A DNA stretch of 64,000 nucleotides, from assembly GCA_977020255.1 (NCBI GenBank), contig CDROCS010000666.1, forward strand, positions 248,001 to 312,000. Direction: 5' to 3'. The notes under the pieces were generated by a model, which saw only the letters and a program-made list of their open reading frames with translations, had not been told where the DNA came from and searched no databases. Both the position numbers and the translations under genes were made by a program. Below, piece by piece: positions 29,915 to 39,272 of this stretch. Source of the stretch: Obrimoposthia wandeli (taxonomy: Eukaryota). Numbering within the stretch: position 1 is the first letter of the stretch; every line of letters starts with the position of its first letter.

Positions 29915-31477
29915 ATGTCTATCACCCGCCGAAGTTTGCTAAAAGGGATGGCTGCAACCAGTGCCGTTGCCGCTACAACGATGAGCTCTGGTTGTACTAC
30001 AGCCCAGCAAAACCCTACGGACTCCTCTTTATCAAATACTAAGGTAAAGAAGCCTAACTTACTTATTGTTTTCCCAGACGAAATGCGTGCCCAGTCTTTG
30101 GGCTTTATGAATCAAGATCCTTCAGATACACCGCATATCAACCGTTTTGCAAACCAGAGTGCCGTTCTACGCCAAGCCGTCTCCAACTTTCCACTGTGTA
30201 CTCCATTTAGAGGCATGCTGATGACTGGTCAATATCCATACCGTAATGGTATTCAGGGTAATAGCCACACAGCAATGCCCGGTAAGTTTGGCGGCAAAGA
30301 CTTTGGTATTGAACTAAAGAAAAGCACTCGAACTTGGTCTGATGTGCTTAAAGACCAAGGCTACAGCATGGGGTATATAGGGAAATGGCACCTTGATACG
30401 CCAGAGGCACCTTTCATTCCGAGTTATAACAACCCGATGGAAGGCCGTTACTGGAATGATTGGACAGCTCCGGATCGTCGTCATGGCTTTGATTTTTGGT
30501 ATGCCTATGGTACTTACGATAAACATTTAACACCCATGTATTGGACCAATGAGACACCACGTGATCAACCAATCAAAGTGAATCAGTGGAGCCCTGAGCA
30601 TGAAGCCGATATCGCCATAAAATACCTGCGTAATGAAGACGGTAAATACCGTGATAGTGACAAACCGTTTACGCTGGTTGTCTCTATGAATCCCCCCCAC
30701 TCTCCCTATGATCAAGTGCCGAAAAAATACCTCGACCGTTATCAGAATGATACTTCTGAAAGCCTTAATACCCGACCAAATGTTCAATGGGATAAAGATT
30801 ATCAAGAAGGTTATGGACCAGCGTACTTCAAAGAGTACATGGCAATGGTACATGGTGTAGATGAGCAATTTGGCAGGATTATTGATGAACTTGACCGCCT
30901 TGGTCTGGAAGAAGACACCTTGGTGGTATTTTTCTCCGATCATGGCTGCTGTATGGGATCTAACGGTAAGCCCACCAAAAATGTCCATTATGAAGAATCA
31001 ATGCGCATTCCCATGATGTTCCGCTGGCCTGGTAAAATTTCACCACGCCAAGATGATCTACTCTTCTCTGCTCCTGATATCTACCCAACCATTTTCGGTT
31101 TAATGGGAATGCCAGAACTGATCCCAGACACAGTGGAAGGCTTTAACTATTCCAACAGTGTTCATGGGCTTGAAGGCGACAACAGACCGACATCTCAAAT
31201 GTATACGTTTATGCCTTACGGCGGTCAATCCTACGGTCGTCGTGGCGTACGAACCGATCGTTACACCTTAATGGTCGACCGCAAAATAGGTAAGCCGCTT
31301 ACTTTCGTTTTGCACGACAACCAGAACGACCCATACCAGATGCAAAACATCGCAAAACAGAATGAAAGCATCGTTGCTTCTTTGATTGAAGAAGAACTAC
31401 TCCCTTGGTTAGAGCATTCCGGTGATCCTTGGCGCCCAACAGAAGTGCCAGCATCAGCAGCAAATGCATACACCTAA
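29915..31477 (+). CDS. Tat-exported lipoprotein sulfatase, BT3349/S1_27-like chondroitin GalNAc 4-O-sulfatase
   Basis: AGGAG RBS and ATG 29915; S.TRRSLLK Tat motif and SSG-C lipobox; CTPFR active site; GKWHLD, RRHGFD.W.AYGTYD.HL.PMYW and VVSMNPPH blocks I recall from BT3349. Confidence 0.85.
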   Translation: MSITRRSLLKGMAATSAVAATTMSSGCTTAQQNPTDSSLSNTKVKKPNLLIVFPDEMRAQSLGFMNQDPSDTPHINRFANQSAVLRQAVSNFPLCTPFRGMLMTGQYPYRNGIQGNSHTAMPGKFGGKDFGIELKKSTRTWSDVLKDQGYSMGYIGKWHLDTPEAPFIPSYNNPMEGRYWNDWTAPDRRHGFDFWYAYGTYDKHLTPMYWTNETPRDQPIKVNQWSPEHEADIAIKYLRNEDGKYRDSDKPFTLVVSMNPPHSPYDQVPKKYLDRYQNDTSESLNTRPNVQWDKDYQEGYGPAYFKEYMAMVHGVDEQFGRIIDELDRLGLEEDTLVVFFSDHGCCMGSNGKPTKNVHYEESMRIPMMFRWPGKISPRQDDLLFSAPDIYPTIFGLMGMPELIPDTVEGFNYSNSVHGLEGDNRPTSQMYTFMPYGGQSYGRRGVRTDRYTLMVDRKIGKPLTFVLHDNQNDPYQMQNIAKQNESIVASLIEEELLPWLEHSGDPWRPTEVPASAANAYT

Positions 31478-31516
31478 TTTATTTACACAATCCTAAACAC
31501 AATTAGAAAGGTTATT

Positions 31517-32245
31517 ATGAAAACGACACTTAAATTTGTTGCCGCTTCTATGTTATTGGCAACAACCTCACATGCAGTCGCAAATGACTATAAAACGACC
31601 GTAGAGTACCGACACGAATATAAAGATGGAAATAACAAACATTCTGATCGCGTAAAAGCCTTCATCGATACAGGAAAAAATATCGGCTTCGAATTAGATG
31701 CTCGTTATAACAACGATGAAGAAGACAAAATGTATGATTCTATGTCGATGAATGGCTCTGAATTATCAATCTTCTATTACACAAAGCTTAAGCCTAACTT
31801 AACAGGTGTGTTTGGCTCTTCATTAGATTTTAACCCTGATGGCTTGGTCTATGTACCTTACGCACGTTTAAATTATTCTTTTGATAATGGCTTCCGCATC
31901 CAAGGTCGATATAAGTGGAAACTATGGGATTACAGTCAAGAAGGCACTGATGGCAATAGCTATCACTCTAAGATTCAGCAGTTTGATACTTGGCTAGGTT
32001 ACAAAACAGGAGATTGGGATTTCCAATATGAATTCAACATTTGGAAAGAGATGGAAGGCAACGGAAAAGCTTTATTTGATAACGGCTCAACCGATTATTT
32101 GCATAACATTCGCTTAATGTATGCCTTTAATATGACTGATGGTGCAAAGTGGCGCCCATTTTTTGAACTAGGGCAAGTAAAATTAAACCGCACAACAGAT
32201 GAGCGTCAGCTTCGTTATCGCGTTGGTATTAAATACACTTGGTAA
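31517..32245 (+). CDS. KdgM/NanC-family acidic-oligosaccharide porin
   Basis: Signal peptide, EYRHEY N-terminal motif, alternating beta-strand pattern and C-terminal RYRVGIKYTW; 242 aa. Confidence 0.82.
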   Translation: MKTTLKFVAASMLLATTSHAVANDYKTTVEYRHEYKDGNNKHSDRVKAFIDTGKNIGFELDARYNNDEEDKMYDSMSMNGSELSIFYYTKLKPNLTGVFGSSLDFNPDGLVYVPYARLNYSFDNGFRIQGRYKWKLWDYSQEGTDGNSYHSKIQQFDTWLGYKTGDWDFQYEFNIWKEMEGNGKALFDNGSTDYLHNIRLMYAFNMTDGAKWRPFFELGQVKLNRTTDERQLRYRVGIKYTW

Positions 32246-32280
32246 TACTACTCGTTTAAAATAATACTTATTTATAAGAA

Positions 32281-32312
32281 TAATAGCGCCTGCAAATATG
32301 CAGGCGTTATTA
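32281..32312 (+). terminator. Terminator ending the GAG module
   Basis: TAATAGCGCCTGCA-AATA-TGCAGGCGTTATTA hairpin. Confidence 0.75.
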
Positions 32313-32335
32313 TTCTTGATTAACAATCTAGGATA

Positions 32336-32880
32336 TAAAAAAGTATTAGGCACGTTCGGTAACTGTGCAAATGGCTTTACCCCTTGGGGCACTTACCTAA
32401 CGTGTGAAGAAAATTTTAATGGTTACTTTGGCTCAGAAAATGCTGTTAAGGTAAACAAAGAACAAAAATCGTGATGTTAAAAAAGACCAACCCGTTGACG
32501 GACCTAACCCTCGCGCAGCAAACAACTACGGTCAAATTTTACGCTGGCGTCAAGTAAACGATGATCATGCCCACCCTACCTTCGCATGGGATCTGTATGT
32601 AATAGCAGGAAATCCTGAAGTACATAAAGGCACCTTGTATGCAGGTAGCGAGAACATTAATAACGAGAATATGTTCAACAACCCTGATGGTTTAGGGTTT
32701 GATACTGCTGGTCGTCTATGGATTCAAACTGACGGTAAGTATTCGAACAAGGGGGATTACGCTGGCATGGGTAGCAACTCTATGTTTATCGGTATTCAGC
32801 ATCCAGGTACCGTCACATTGGCCAGATAGTGGTAACAGCACACCACGTTTATCTATTGTGATGATCACCAAGAAAGACGG
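32336..32880 (+). pseudogene. phoX: Internally deleted phoX remnant
   Basis: Aligns to 48150-49376 as ungapped blocks separated by deletions of 569, 102 and 11 bp; the first block (133 bp) has 9 substitutions. Confidence 0.95.
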
Positions 32881-33197
32881 TATCGCGGAGGTTTGCTATT
32901 TCAGTCTTTAGTCTAGCTTCGTTTTTGGATATATCGAGGAAGCTGCCGCGTAGTTTAATGATATCTAAGGTAAGCGACTGGGCACTGTCTTTAATGCGCT
33001 CATTTTCTAGTTGGGCACCTTGAAAAGTCAACTTGTTTTGAGTTAGATATAACCCCTGAAAAGGTCAGTTATTACGGTTATAAATTACGCGAAATAAGCA
33101 TAGATAATGATCTGTCTTATTTCTTTAATTAACTAGGTCTAATTGACTGTTGTGAAGAACGATTATAAATCGAAAATCACTCCGTTGTTATTTTGAA

Positions 33198-33446
33198 ATG
33201 GAGGATGGTTTTCAGTGTATTGTAAAAACATCGAATGATTACGACAGTTTTCTAGTGGATGACAAATTGTACCTCAAGGAATTGGACGGTGCCGTTTGTG
33301 TATATTCAAAGAAAGGTGGTATCTGTCGGCCATTGTTTTTTTATCATGATTCTCTCGATATTAAACAACAATCAGAAAAATATACTAATTGGATTAATTA
33401 CTATCGTCATATTAAGAATGGACGCATTACGTATTATTTGAGTTAG
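33198..33446 (+). CDS. Small hypothetical protein in the scar region
   Basis: 82-aa ORF in AT-rich mobile debris; no recognisable family. Confidence 0.3.
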   Translation: MEDGFQCIVKTSNDYDSFLVDDKLYLKELDGAVCVYSKKGGICRPLFFYHDSLDIKQQSEKYTNWINYYRHIKNGRITYYLS

Positions 33447-33462
33447 CAAGGGAGGAGAAAAT

Positions 33463-33892
33463 TGAGCGAGTTCTACCAAAATTACGAAGCCAATCGCCAT
33501 CAAAGGTTCTTACCTTTGGACAAGAGTTGGATTCGTTGATCGTTGATGGTTCTTATGTGGCTTTACCTGATAATGTGACTTTATCGCACTACAAGAAAAT
33601 ATACATTGCGTTTACAGCATACGGTGCTCGCTATAGTCAGAATGCTTTTTTTGCAACTTGCGGTGATGTTGTTGATCAGCTTGATATCGAGGTTGGAAAG
33701 CGGTATTTAGAGCCTCATGGTGGGCATGGCGCACTAGCTGATGCTATTTGAGCGAAAGGTGTTGAGCCTGTAGTTTGTGAGTTGTGGTCCGAAAATGTGA
33801 ATCTTTTGGAGTCGAAAGGATATTCAGTTATTGAGGGTGACTTTTTATCAATGTCCGTCGATGATCTTGGTGGGCCGTTTGATAGGATTGCA
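33463..33892 (+). pseudogene. SAM-dependent DNA methyltransferase fragment
   Basis: Reading through TGA at 33749 gives YLEPHGGHGALADAI*AKGVEPVVCEL..ENVNLL...IEGDFL...FDRIA, i.e. motif I to just before the NPP(Y/F) motif, where IS66 sequence takes over. Confidence 0.7.
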
Positions 33893-34230
33893 CACAGCAG
33901 TTGGCTAATGTACTGCGACTAATATCAATACCAGTAAGAGTCAAGATACCAACTTGGCGATAAAGCGGTAGTACATCAAAATATTTGGCAGTGACTACGG
34001 CAGCAAAAGCATCGGCACTACCGATACTTTTAGGGATCATACTTACAAGTTTTTGTCCGTAATGATTTCACTGGAAGTTTGTGTTTTTTCAAATTGTCGA
34101 CATGCGTATTTCGTGCGTTCGTAGCAGATCACGGGATAATTTTCAGCTCTTCTGACACTTCCTTACCACATTGATGCAAGGCCGCATCGCAGCACTCACA
34201 ATACGCTGCATTCAACTTATGCTGGAAACT
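33893..34230 (-). mobile_element. IS66-family transposase (TnpC) fragment, degraded
   Basis: Frameshifted pieces: CECCDAALHQCGKEVSEELKIIP, YERTKYAC and IPKSIGS...AKYFDVLPLYRQ..IL...GIDISRSTLANCC. Confidence 0.85.
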
Positions 34231-34353
34231 TCGCGTTCTAATTAAATTAAGTTCTTAACACAATGTAAAAAGCCCTAGTTTAATTTAAACAGGGCTTTTT
34301 TATTTCAATCGGTACAATTATCTAATCAATAATTTACCCAAATAACCAGTAAC

Positions 34354-35148
34354 TCAATTCTGTTTCAATTCAGTCAACGCCATTGAGTTTTGTTGTTCAT
34401 GGATAGTATTAACACGAATGCGTTTATCCGGAGCGATGCTCTCATATTCTTTCAAATAAATATCACTGTGAATATGTTCTGCAATCATTTTAACCATTAA
34501 ACGATTATTAGCATACAGCCCCAGAGTTTCTTCTCGATGAGAGAACATAAGTGACAATTTCATATCAACCACACACATAAAACGGTGAGATGGATACTGG
34601 CTCTCTTTAGATTCTGAACGCGTATACAGTTCAATTTTTTCATGTGGAATGTCAATTCGGTTAAATGAGAAACAAATTATTCTCACACCTCGTTCGACAG
34701 CATTACATAGCTCTTCTTCAAACATAGAGAGCTGAAAATCCGTATTAAGATAGATTTCAAGGTGGGCCTGATTAATCATTTCTTTGGCTTTTTGAATCGA
34801 ATTTTCAAATCCAGACACGTTATAAACGAATTCTTTCTCTTCTTTCAGCATCATTTTAGATAATTCAGTTTTAAGAATCTGAATATTCTCAATCGCTTTT
34901 TTCTCAATCTGACTGAAAATTAACTCTGGCGATTTTGCTTCATACTCCTTAGTGTCTCCATCAGACATAAAAATATAGCCATTTTTATACAGATTATCGA
35001 TCGAGGAATAGACAGAAGAACGTGATAAAGAGATATCTTTTGCAATTTTATAGCCGCTCGCTCGACCGTTTTTTAACAAATTAATATAAACAAGAGCATC
35101 TGTTTTGGTGAATCCAAAATCCATTAACTTGGTAACTAATTCTGACAC
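34354..35148 (-). CDS. TrmB-family transcriptional regulator
   Basis: LMDFGFTKTDALVYINLL..G.ASGYKIAK...LSRSSVY wHTH plus a C-terminal effector domain; probable GTG start at 35148 after AGAGGG. Confidence 0.88.
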   Translation of the reverse strand: MSELVTKLMDFGFTKTDALVYINLLKNGRASGYKIAKDISLSRSSVYSSIDNLYKNGYIFMSDGDTKEYEAKSPELIFSQIEKKAIENIQILKTELSKMMLKEEKEFVYNVSGFENSIQKAKEMINQAHLEIYLNTDFQLSMFEEELCNAVERGVRIICFSFNRIDIPHEKIELYTRSESKESQYPSHRFMCVVDMKLSLMFSHREETLGLYANNRLMVKMIAEHIHSDIYLKEYESIAPDKRIRVNTIHEQQNSMALTELKQN

Positions 35149-35348
35149 GGGTTGCCCTCTAAAACTTTTCAATTTATGCTCTCACTAAGACTATCATTTC
35201 TAAAACTATGAACGTATACGATTACTGCAATTTTTAGTAAATTATATATTCAACCCGACGAGCCTCACCTAAATGTGTTCCTAATTCATAGAGAGCTCTA
35301 CAGTAGAACTGTCTTAGCGGTTGAGTCACATCAACCGCTTTAAGCGAT

Positions 35349-37127
35349 TTAACGATCTTCTACCATGCAATAGCCATAAGCTTCGAGTGGATATTCTTTA
35401 CGATTCAATGTCACACACGTATCTACAGGTGAATTGTTTAAAATAAACGTAATGCCTCCACGTTGATAGGCCACACAATTTTCGTCTTCAATATCTACCC
35501 ATTTAATATATGGTTGATTAAATTCTGGATGCGACATTCTGAGTTCAATCAACATTTGGATAAAAGATCTAAAGTCTTGATCTTGTTCAGACTCATTCCA
35601 AATCATGCATTTACGGTTATCTTCACTCCCCATACCACGGCTCCCATCCATGGCAACTTCACCGCCATAATAAATACACGGAGAGCCCACTTGAGTAAAC
35701 ATAAAGAGGTAAGCAAGTTTGGCTTTACGCTTATCATTGCCGCATAAACTAATAATTCTCGTTGTATCATGACTATCAAGCAGATTAAACATCGCTTCAT
35801 TTACATTACGAGGGTACGCCAAATATGAGTTACTCACCGCATCTATAAAGCTCTGTTTATCAAGCGAGTGAAGCGCAAAATAGTCAGTCATTGCCTGAGT
35901 AAGTGGGTAATTCATTAGCGAATCATATTGATCCCCTCGTAGCCATGGCATGCCTTCATGCCATATTTCACCCAAGATATAACAGCCTGGATTAATGTCT
36001 TTCACTACCTTTCTAAAATCACGCCAAAACGCATGGTCCACTTCGTTAGCCACATCTAAGCGCCAACCATCTATCTTAAATTCTTCAACCCAATGACGAG
36101 CCACATCCAATAAATAAGCACGACATTCTTCATTCTCAGTATTAAGTTTTGGCATTTCTACTACGTTTGCAAATGTTTCATAGTTTAAATTCCAAAAATC
36201 CCACTCTTCTTTTGGTTTATCTTCATAAACAGGAAATTGATTCACCCAAAACCAATCTGCATATTTAGATTCAGCGCCCTTTTCTACCACATCAAGCCAC
36301 AGTGGAGATTGAGAACCAATGTGATTAAACACCGCATCCAACATCACTTTCATGCCACGAGAATGAGCTTCTTCTACCAACGCTTTGAACGCTTCATTTC
36401 CACCAAAAGCAGGGTCTACATTATAATAATCAACCGTGTCGTATTTATGATTCGCATTTGCCGTAAAAATTGGGCAAAGGTATAAACCATTAATGCCTAA
36501 ATCTTGCAGATAATCCAACTTATCTATCACACCCCACAGGTCACCACCCATAAAATTATCTGATGTTGGTCTTGTTCCCCAAGGTTGCACCCCTTTTGGT
36601 GAAATATCAGGGCGACCATTGGCAAAGCGTTCAGGGAAAATCTGGTACCACACAGTATCAGGCACCCAGCTTGGCGTTTTCAATACATCTCTTGGGTTGA
36701 TGTATGGGAAGCAGAAGAAGTTGCTCAGATTACTCAATTCCATTTCCGCTTCTTTTGGATCAGTTAAATCTGCACAACGTCTTTCACCAAATAGGATTTT
36801 TTCTCCATCTTTGCCATAAAGAATAAATCCGTAACGACTGCGGCGTTTAGGCGGCGTAAATTCTGCAAACCAATGATCATGATGTTCAGTCTGTCCTTCA
36901 CAGACCATTGGCGTATTATTACCACCAACCCACCCATGTGCGTCACTGCCACCAAGATTACCCCCATCGAGCCCACCTTCTGCCCAGTGATAAGGGTCGC
37001 CAATCCATAAGGCAACCTTCTCTACTTCTCCTTTTGCACTGCGTAATCTGATGTGAAGCGTTTCTGTATCGTAAGCGTAACTGTCCGCACTCTTTGCTGA
37101 ATGTGTTAATGAGCTTTTAGTTATCAT
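35349..37127 (-). CDS. cymH: GH13_20 cyclomaltodextrinase/neopullulanase (CymH-like), cytoplasmic
   Basis: N-terminal CBM34-like domain, YQIFPERF, NHKYDT, DAVFNH, GWRLDVANE, GEIWH and LDSHD. Confidence 0.88.
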   Translation of the reverse strand: MITKSSLTHSAKSADSYAYDTETLHIRLRSAKGEVEKVALWIGDPYHWAEGGLDGGNLGGSDAHGWVGGNNTPMVCEGQTEHHDHWFAEFTPPKRRSRYGFILYGKDGEKILFGERRCADLTDPKEAEMELSNLSNFFCFPYINPRDVLKTPSWVPDTVWYQIFPERFANGRPDISPKGVQPWGTRPTSDNFMGGDLWGVIDKLDYLQDLGINGLYLCPIFTANANHKYDTVDYYNVDPAFGGNEAFKALVEEAHSRGMKVMLDAVFNHIGSQSPLWLDVVEKGAESKYADWFWVNQFPVYEDKPKEEWDFWNLNYETFANVVEMPKLNTENEECRAYLLDVARHWVEEFKIDGWRLDVANEVDHAFWRDFRKVVKDINPGCYILGEIWHEGMPWLRGDQYDSLMNYPLTQAMTDYFALHSLDKQSFIDAVSNSYLAYPRNVNEAMFNLLDSHDTTRIISLCGNDKRKAKLAYLFMFTQVGSPCIYYGGEVAMDGSRGMGSEDNRKCMIWNESEQDQDFRSFIQMLIELRMSHPEFNQPYIKWVDIEDENCVAYQRGGITFILNNSPVDTCVTLNRKEYPLEAYGYCMVEDR

Positions 37128-37144
37128 GTGTGTATTCCTGAGTG

Positions 37145-37978
37145 TTATTCTTTTACCGCACCGCTAACAAGGCCAGTGGTAATGTGTTTTTGAGTCACGA
37201 CAAACAGCAGAGTGATTGGCACTGCAACTAACAGTGAACCCGCGGCAAATAGGGTGAAATTTTCTGCTGAGTTAGATGAAATCCAACTGAAAATACCAAT
37301 GGCTAATGTCATCTTTTCTTCACTTCGCAAAATCAGCGTCGGCAAAATAAAATCCATCCATGGGCCAGTAAAAGAAATCAAGCCAACAAAAACAAGTATC
37401 GGTTTTGCCAATGGCAGAATTATCTCTAAGAAAATGGTCATGTGGCCTGCACCATCAATCTTAGCGGCTTCATCTAGCGAGGTAGGAATAGCATCAAAAT
37501 AGCCTTTCACTAACCACACCATGAAAGGTAATGAGCCAGTAACGTAAACAAATAACAGCCCTGCGTAGGTATCAATTAACCCCATTTTAGATAACAAGAT
37601 ATAAATCGCGGTCATCGATAAAAAGGCTGGGAACATTTGCAATACCAAAATACTCATCATTACATTACGTTTACCTTTAAATCGATAACGAGAAAAAACA
37701 AACGCCGAAATAGTCACAACAACCAGTGAGATCAGCATATTAGCAGTGGCTAACATAAAGGTATTTTTATACCACTCTAAATACGGCGTATCAGTAAATA
37801 AGGCTCTGTAGTGATCAAGCGTAAAATCAATGCCTGTAAAACTGGAGCTAAATAAGTTGTTCCCTGTTTTAAATGACGCTAACACTGTCCAGATAACCGG
37901 CGCGAGTACCAACAAGGCATTTAAGGCCAAGAACAAGTACACAATCGCCGTTCCTATTTTTCCAATGAACTTGTCCAT
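37145..37978 (-). CDS. cymG: Malto-/cyclodextrin ABC permease (MalG/CymG)
   Basis: LQMFP, KGYFDAIPTSLDEAAKIDGA EAA loop and FAAGSLL. Confidence 0.88.
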   Translation of the reverse strand: MDKFIGKIGTAIVYLFLALNALLVLAPVIWTVLASFKTGNNLFSSSFTGIDFTLDHYRALFTDTPYLEWYKNTFMLATANMLISLVVVTISAFVFSRYRFKGKRNVMMSILVLQMFPAFLSMTAIYILLSKMGLIDTYAGLLFVYVTGSLPFMVWLVKGYFDAIPTSLDEAAKIDGAGHMTIFLEIILPLAKPILVFVGLISFTGPWMDFILPTLILRSEEKMTLAIGIFSWISSNSAENFTLFAAGSLLVAVPITLLFVVTQKHITTGLVSGAVKE

Positions 37979-37979
37979 C

Positions 37980-39263
37980 TTACATTCCTACATCATCTTT
38001 AAATGACTTCATGCGGCGGAATTGCCAAATTGCGATACCAGATAAGAATAAGAAAATAATGATCGAGATAACCGACGCGATCTGATATTGCTGAAAATCC
38101 AGCGTTAACTTATATATCCATGTAATTAAAATATCGGTATGCCCAGCAAATCGGTATTCAGGATTAATAGGCCCCCCCTCGGTCAGTAAGAATATTGCGC
38201 CAAAATTATTAAAATTATGAGCAAAGGTCATGACTAAGGAAGGCGCAACTTGGTGTAGCACCATTGGCAGCGTAATTTCTCTAAATTGCTGAAACTTACT
38301 TGCCCCATCCACTTCACTCGCTTCATAAAGATCAGCTGGAATATTGGTTAATGCCCCAGCGATAAGCAGCATAAAGTAAGGCGCACCCACCCATACACTA
38401 ATGGCAATAACCGTGATTTTTGCCATGAACGGATCAGATAAAAAGGCGATTGAATCAAAACCCCAACCATTCAACATCGCGTTCACAGGCCCAATGCCAT
38501 TTAGCAGTAAACGGAACATCAACAACGTAACAAAAGCAGGGATCGCATAAGGAAGAATAAAAATAAAACGCCACGCTTTTTTTGCTTTGATCTTTTTATT
38601 ATCTAACGCCAACGCAAGGATAAATCCGAACCCACACGTACATATCGTCGCAAAAAATGCCCAAGCAACCGTCCATGACGCCACGCCAAAAAAGGTGCTA
38701 GACCAAATTCTTAATTCAAACAGCGCATAGAAATTCTTAAAACCTACCCAATCCACCAAATTACGAGCAGGAATATGATTTGGTGCCGAGTAGTTCGTAA
38801 ATGACACCAATACCGTGATCAGAATTGGCATAATAATAAACGTGATACTTGCGATAAATGCAGGAGAAAGCATAATAAAAGCAAACTTCTGATCATAAAT
38901 ATCTTTTAACTGTTCACGAAAACTCAGTTGGCAACGCTCACATTGTTTGGCGTCTTTTACATTAGCAACGTATATACAGATAAATAGAAAACTATAAAGT
39001 AATGCAATTACCCCCTCAACCAACATGAAAATAGAATTATCACCTTGGATAATTTTAAAACCCTTGCGTACTTGAGCCACATCCCCAAGAGAAATTAACC
39101 CTTTAAGTGCAAAGATAATATCGGGTAAAAACAGCAGGGTGATTAGCTGTATCGCTATAAACACTCCCCCCTTTATCCAATGACCTCGGTGAATTTGAGA
39201 GCTTCCCATGATGAAGAGTGAACTCGGTATTTTCGCTACCGGTGTAGTCTCTGTTAACAACAT
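37980..39263 (-). CDS. cymF: Malto-/cyclodextrin ABC permease (MalF/CymF)
   Basis: SFTNYS, WVGFKNF, LPYAIPAF, LYEASEVDGA and FNNFG...TDILITW.YKL. Confidence 0.88.
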   Translation of the reverse strand: MLLTETTPVAKIPSSLFIMGSSQIHRGHWIKGGVFIAIQLITLLFLPDIIFALKGLISLGDVAQVRKGFKIIQGDNSIFMLVEGVIALLYSFLFICIYVANVKDAKQCERCQLSFREQLKDIYDQKFAFIMLSPAFIASITFIIMPILITVLVSFTNYSAPNHIPARNLVDWVGFKNFYALFELRIWSSTFFGVASWTVAWAFFATICTCGFGFILALALDNKKIKAKKAWRFIFILPYAIPAFVTLLMFRLLLNGIGPVNAMLNGWGFDSIAFLSDPFMAKITVIAISVWVGAPYFMLLIAGALTNIPADLYEASEVDGASKFQQFREITLPMVLHQVAPSLVMTFAHNFNNFGAIFLLTEGGPINPEYRFAGHTDILITWIYKLTLDFQQYQIASVISIIIFLFLSGIAIWQFRRMKSFKDDVGM

Positions 39264-39272
39264 AAATCCTCT

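Noticed and set aside
32635-32911. ORFs 32635-32829 and 32699-32911 as independent small genes
   Set aside because: Both are reading frames of the deleted phoX remnant.
33749-33751. In-frame TGA in the methyltransferase as selenocysteine or programmed readthrough
   Set aside because: The gene is also truncated by IS66 before its catalytic motif; simple decay explains it.
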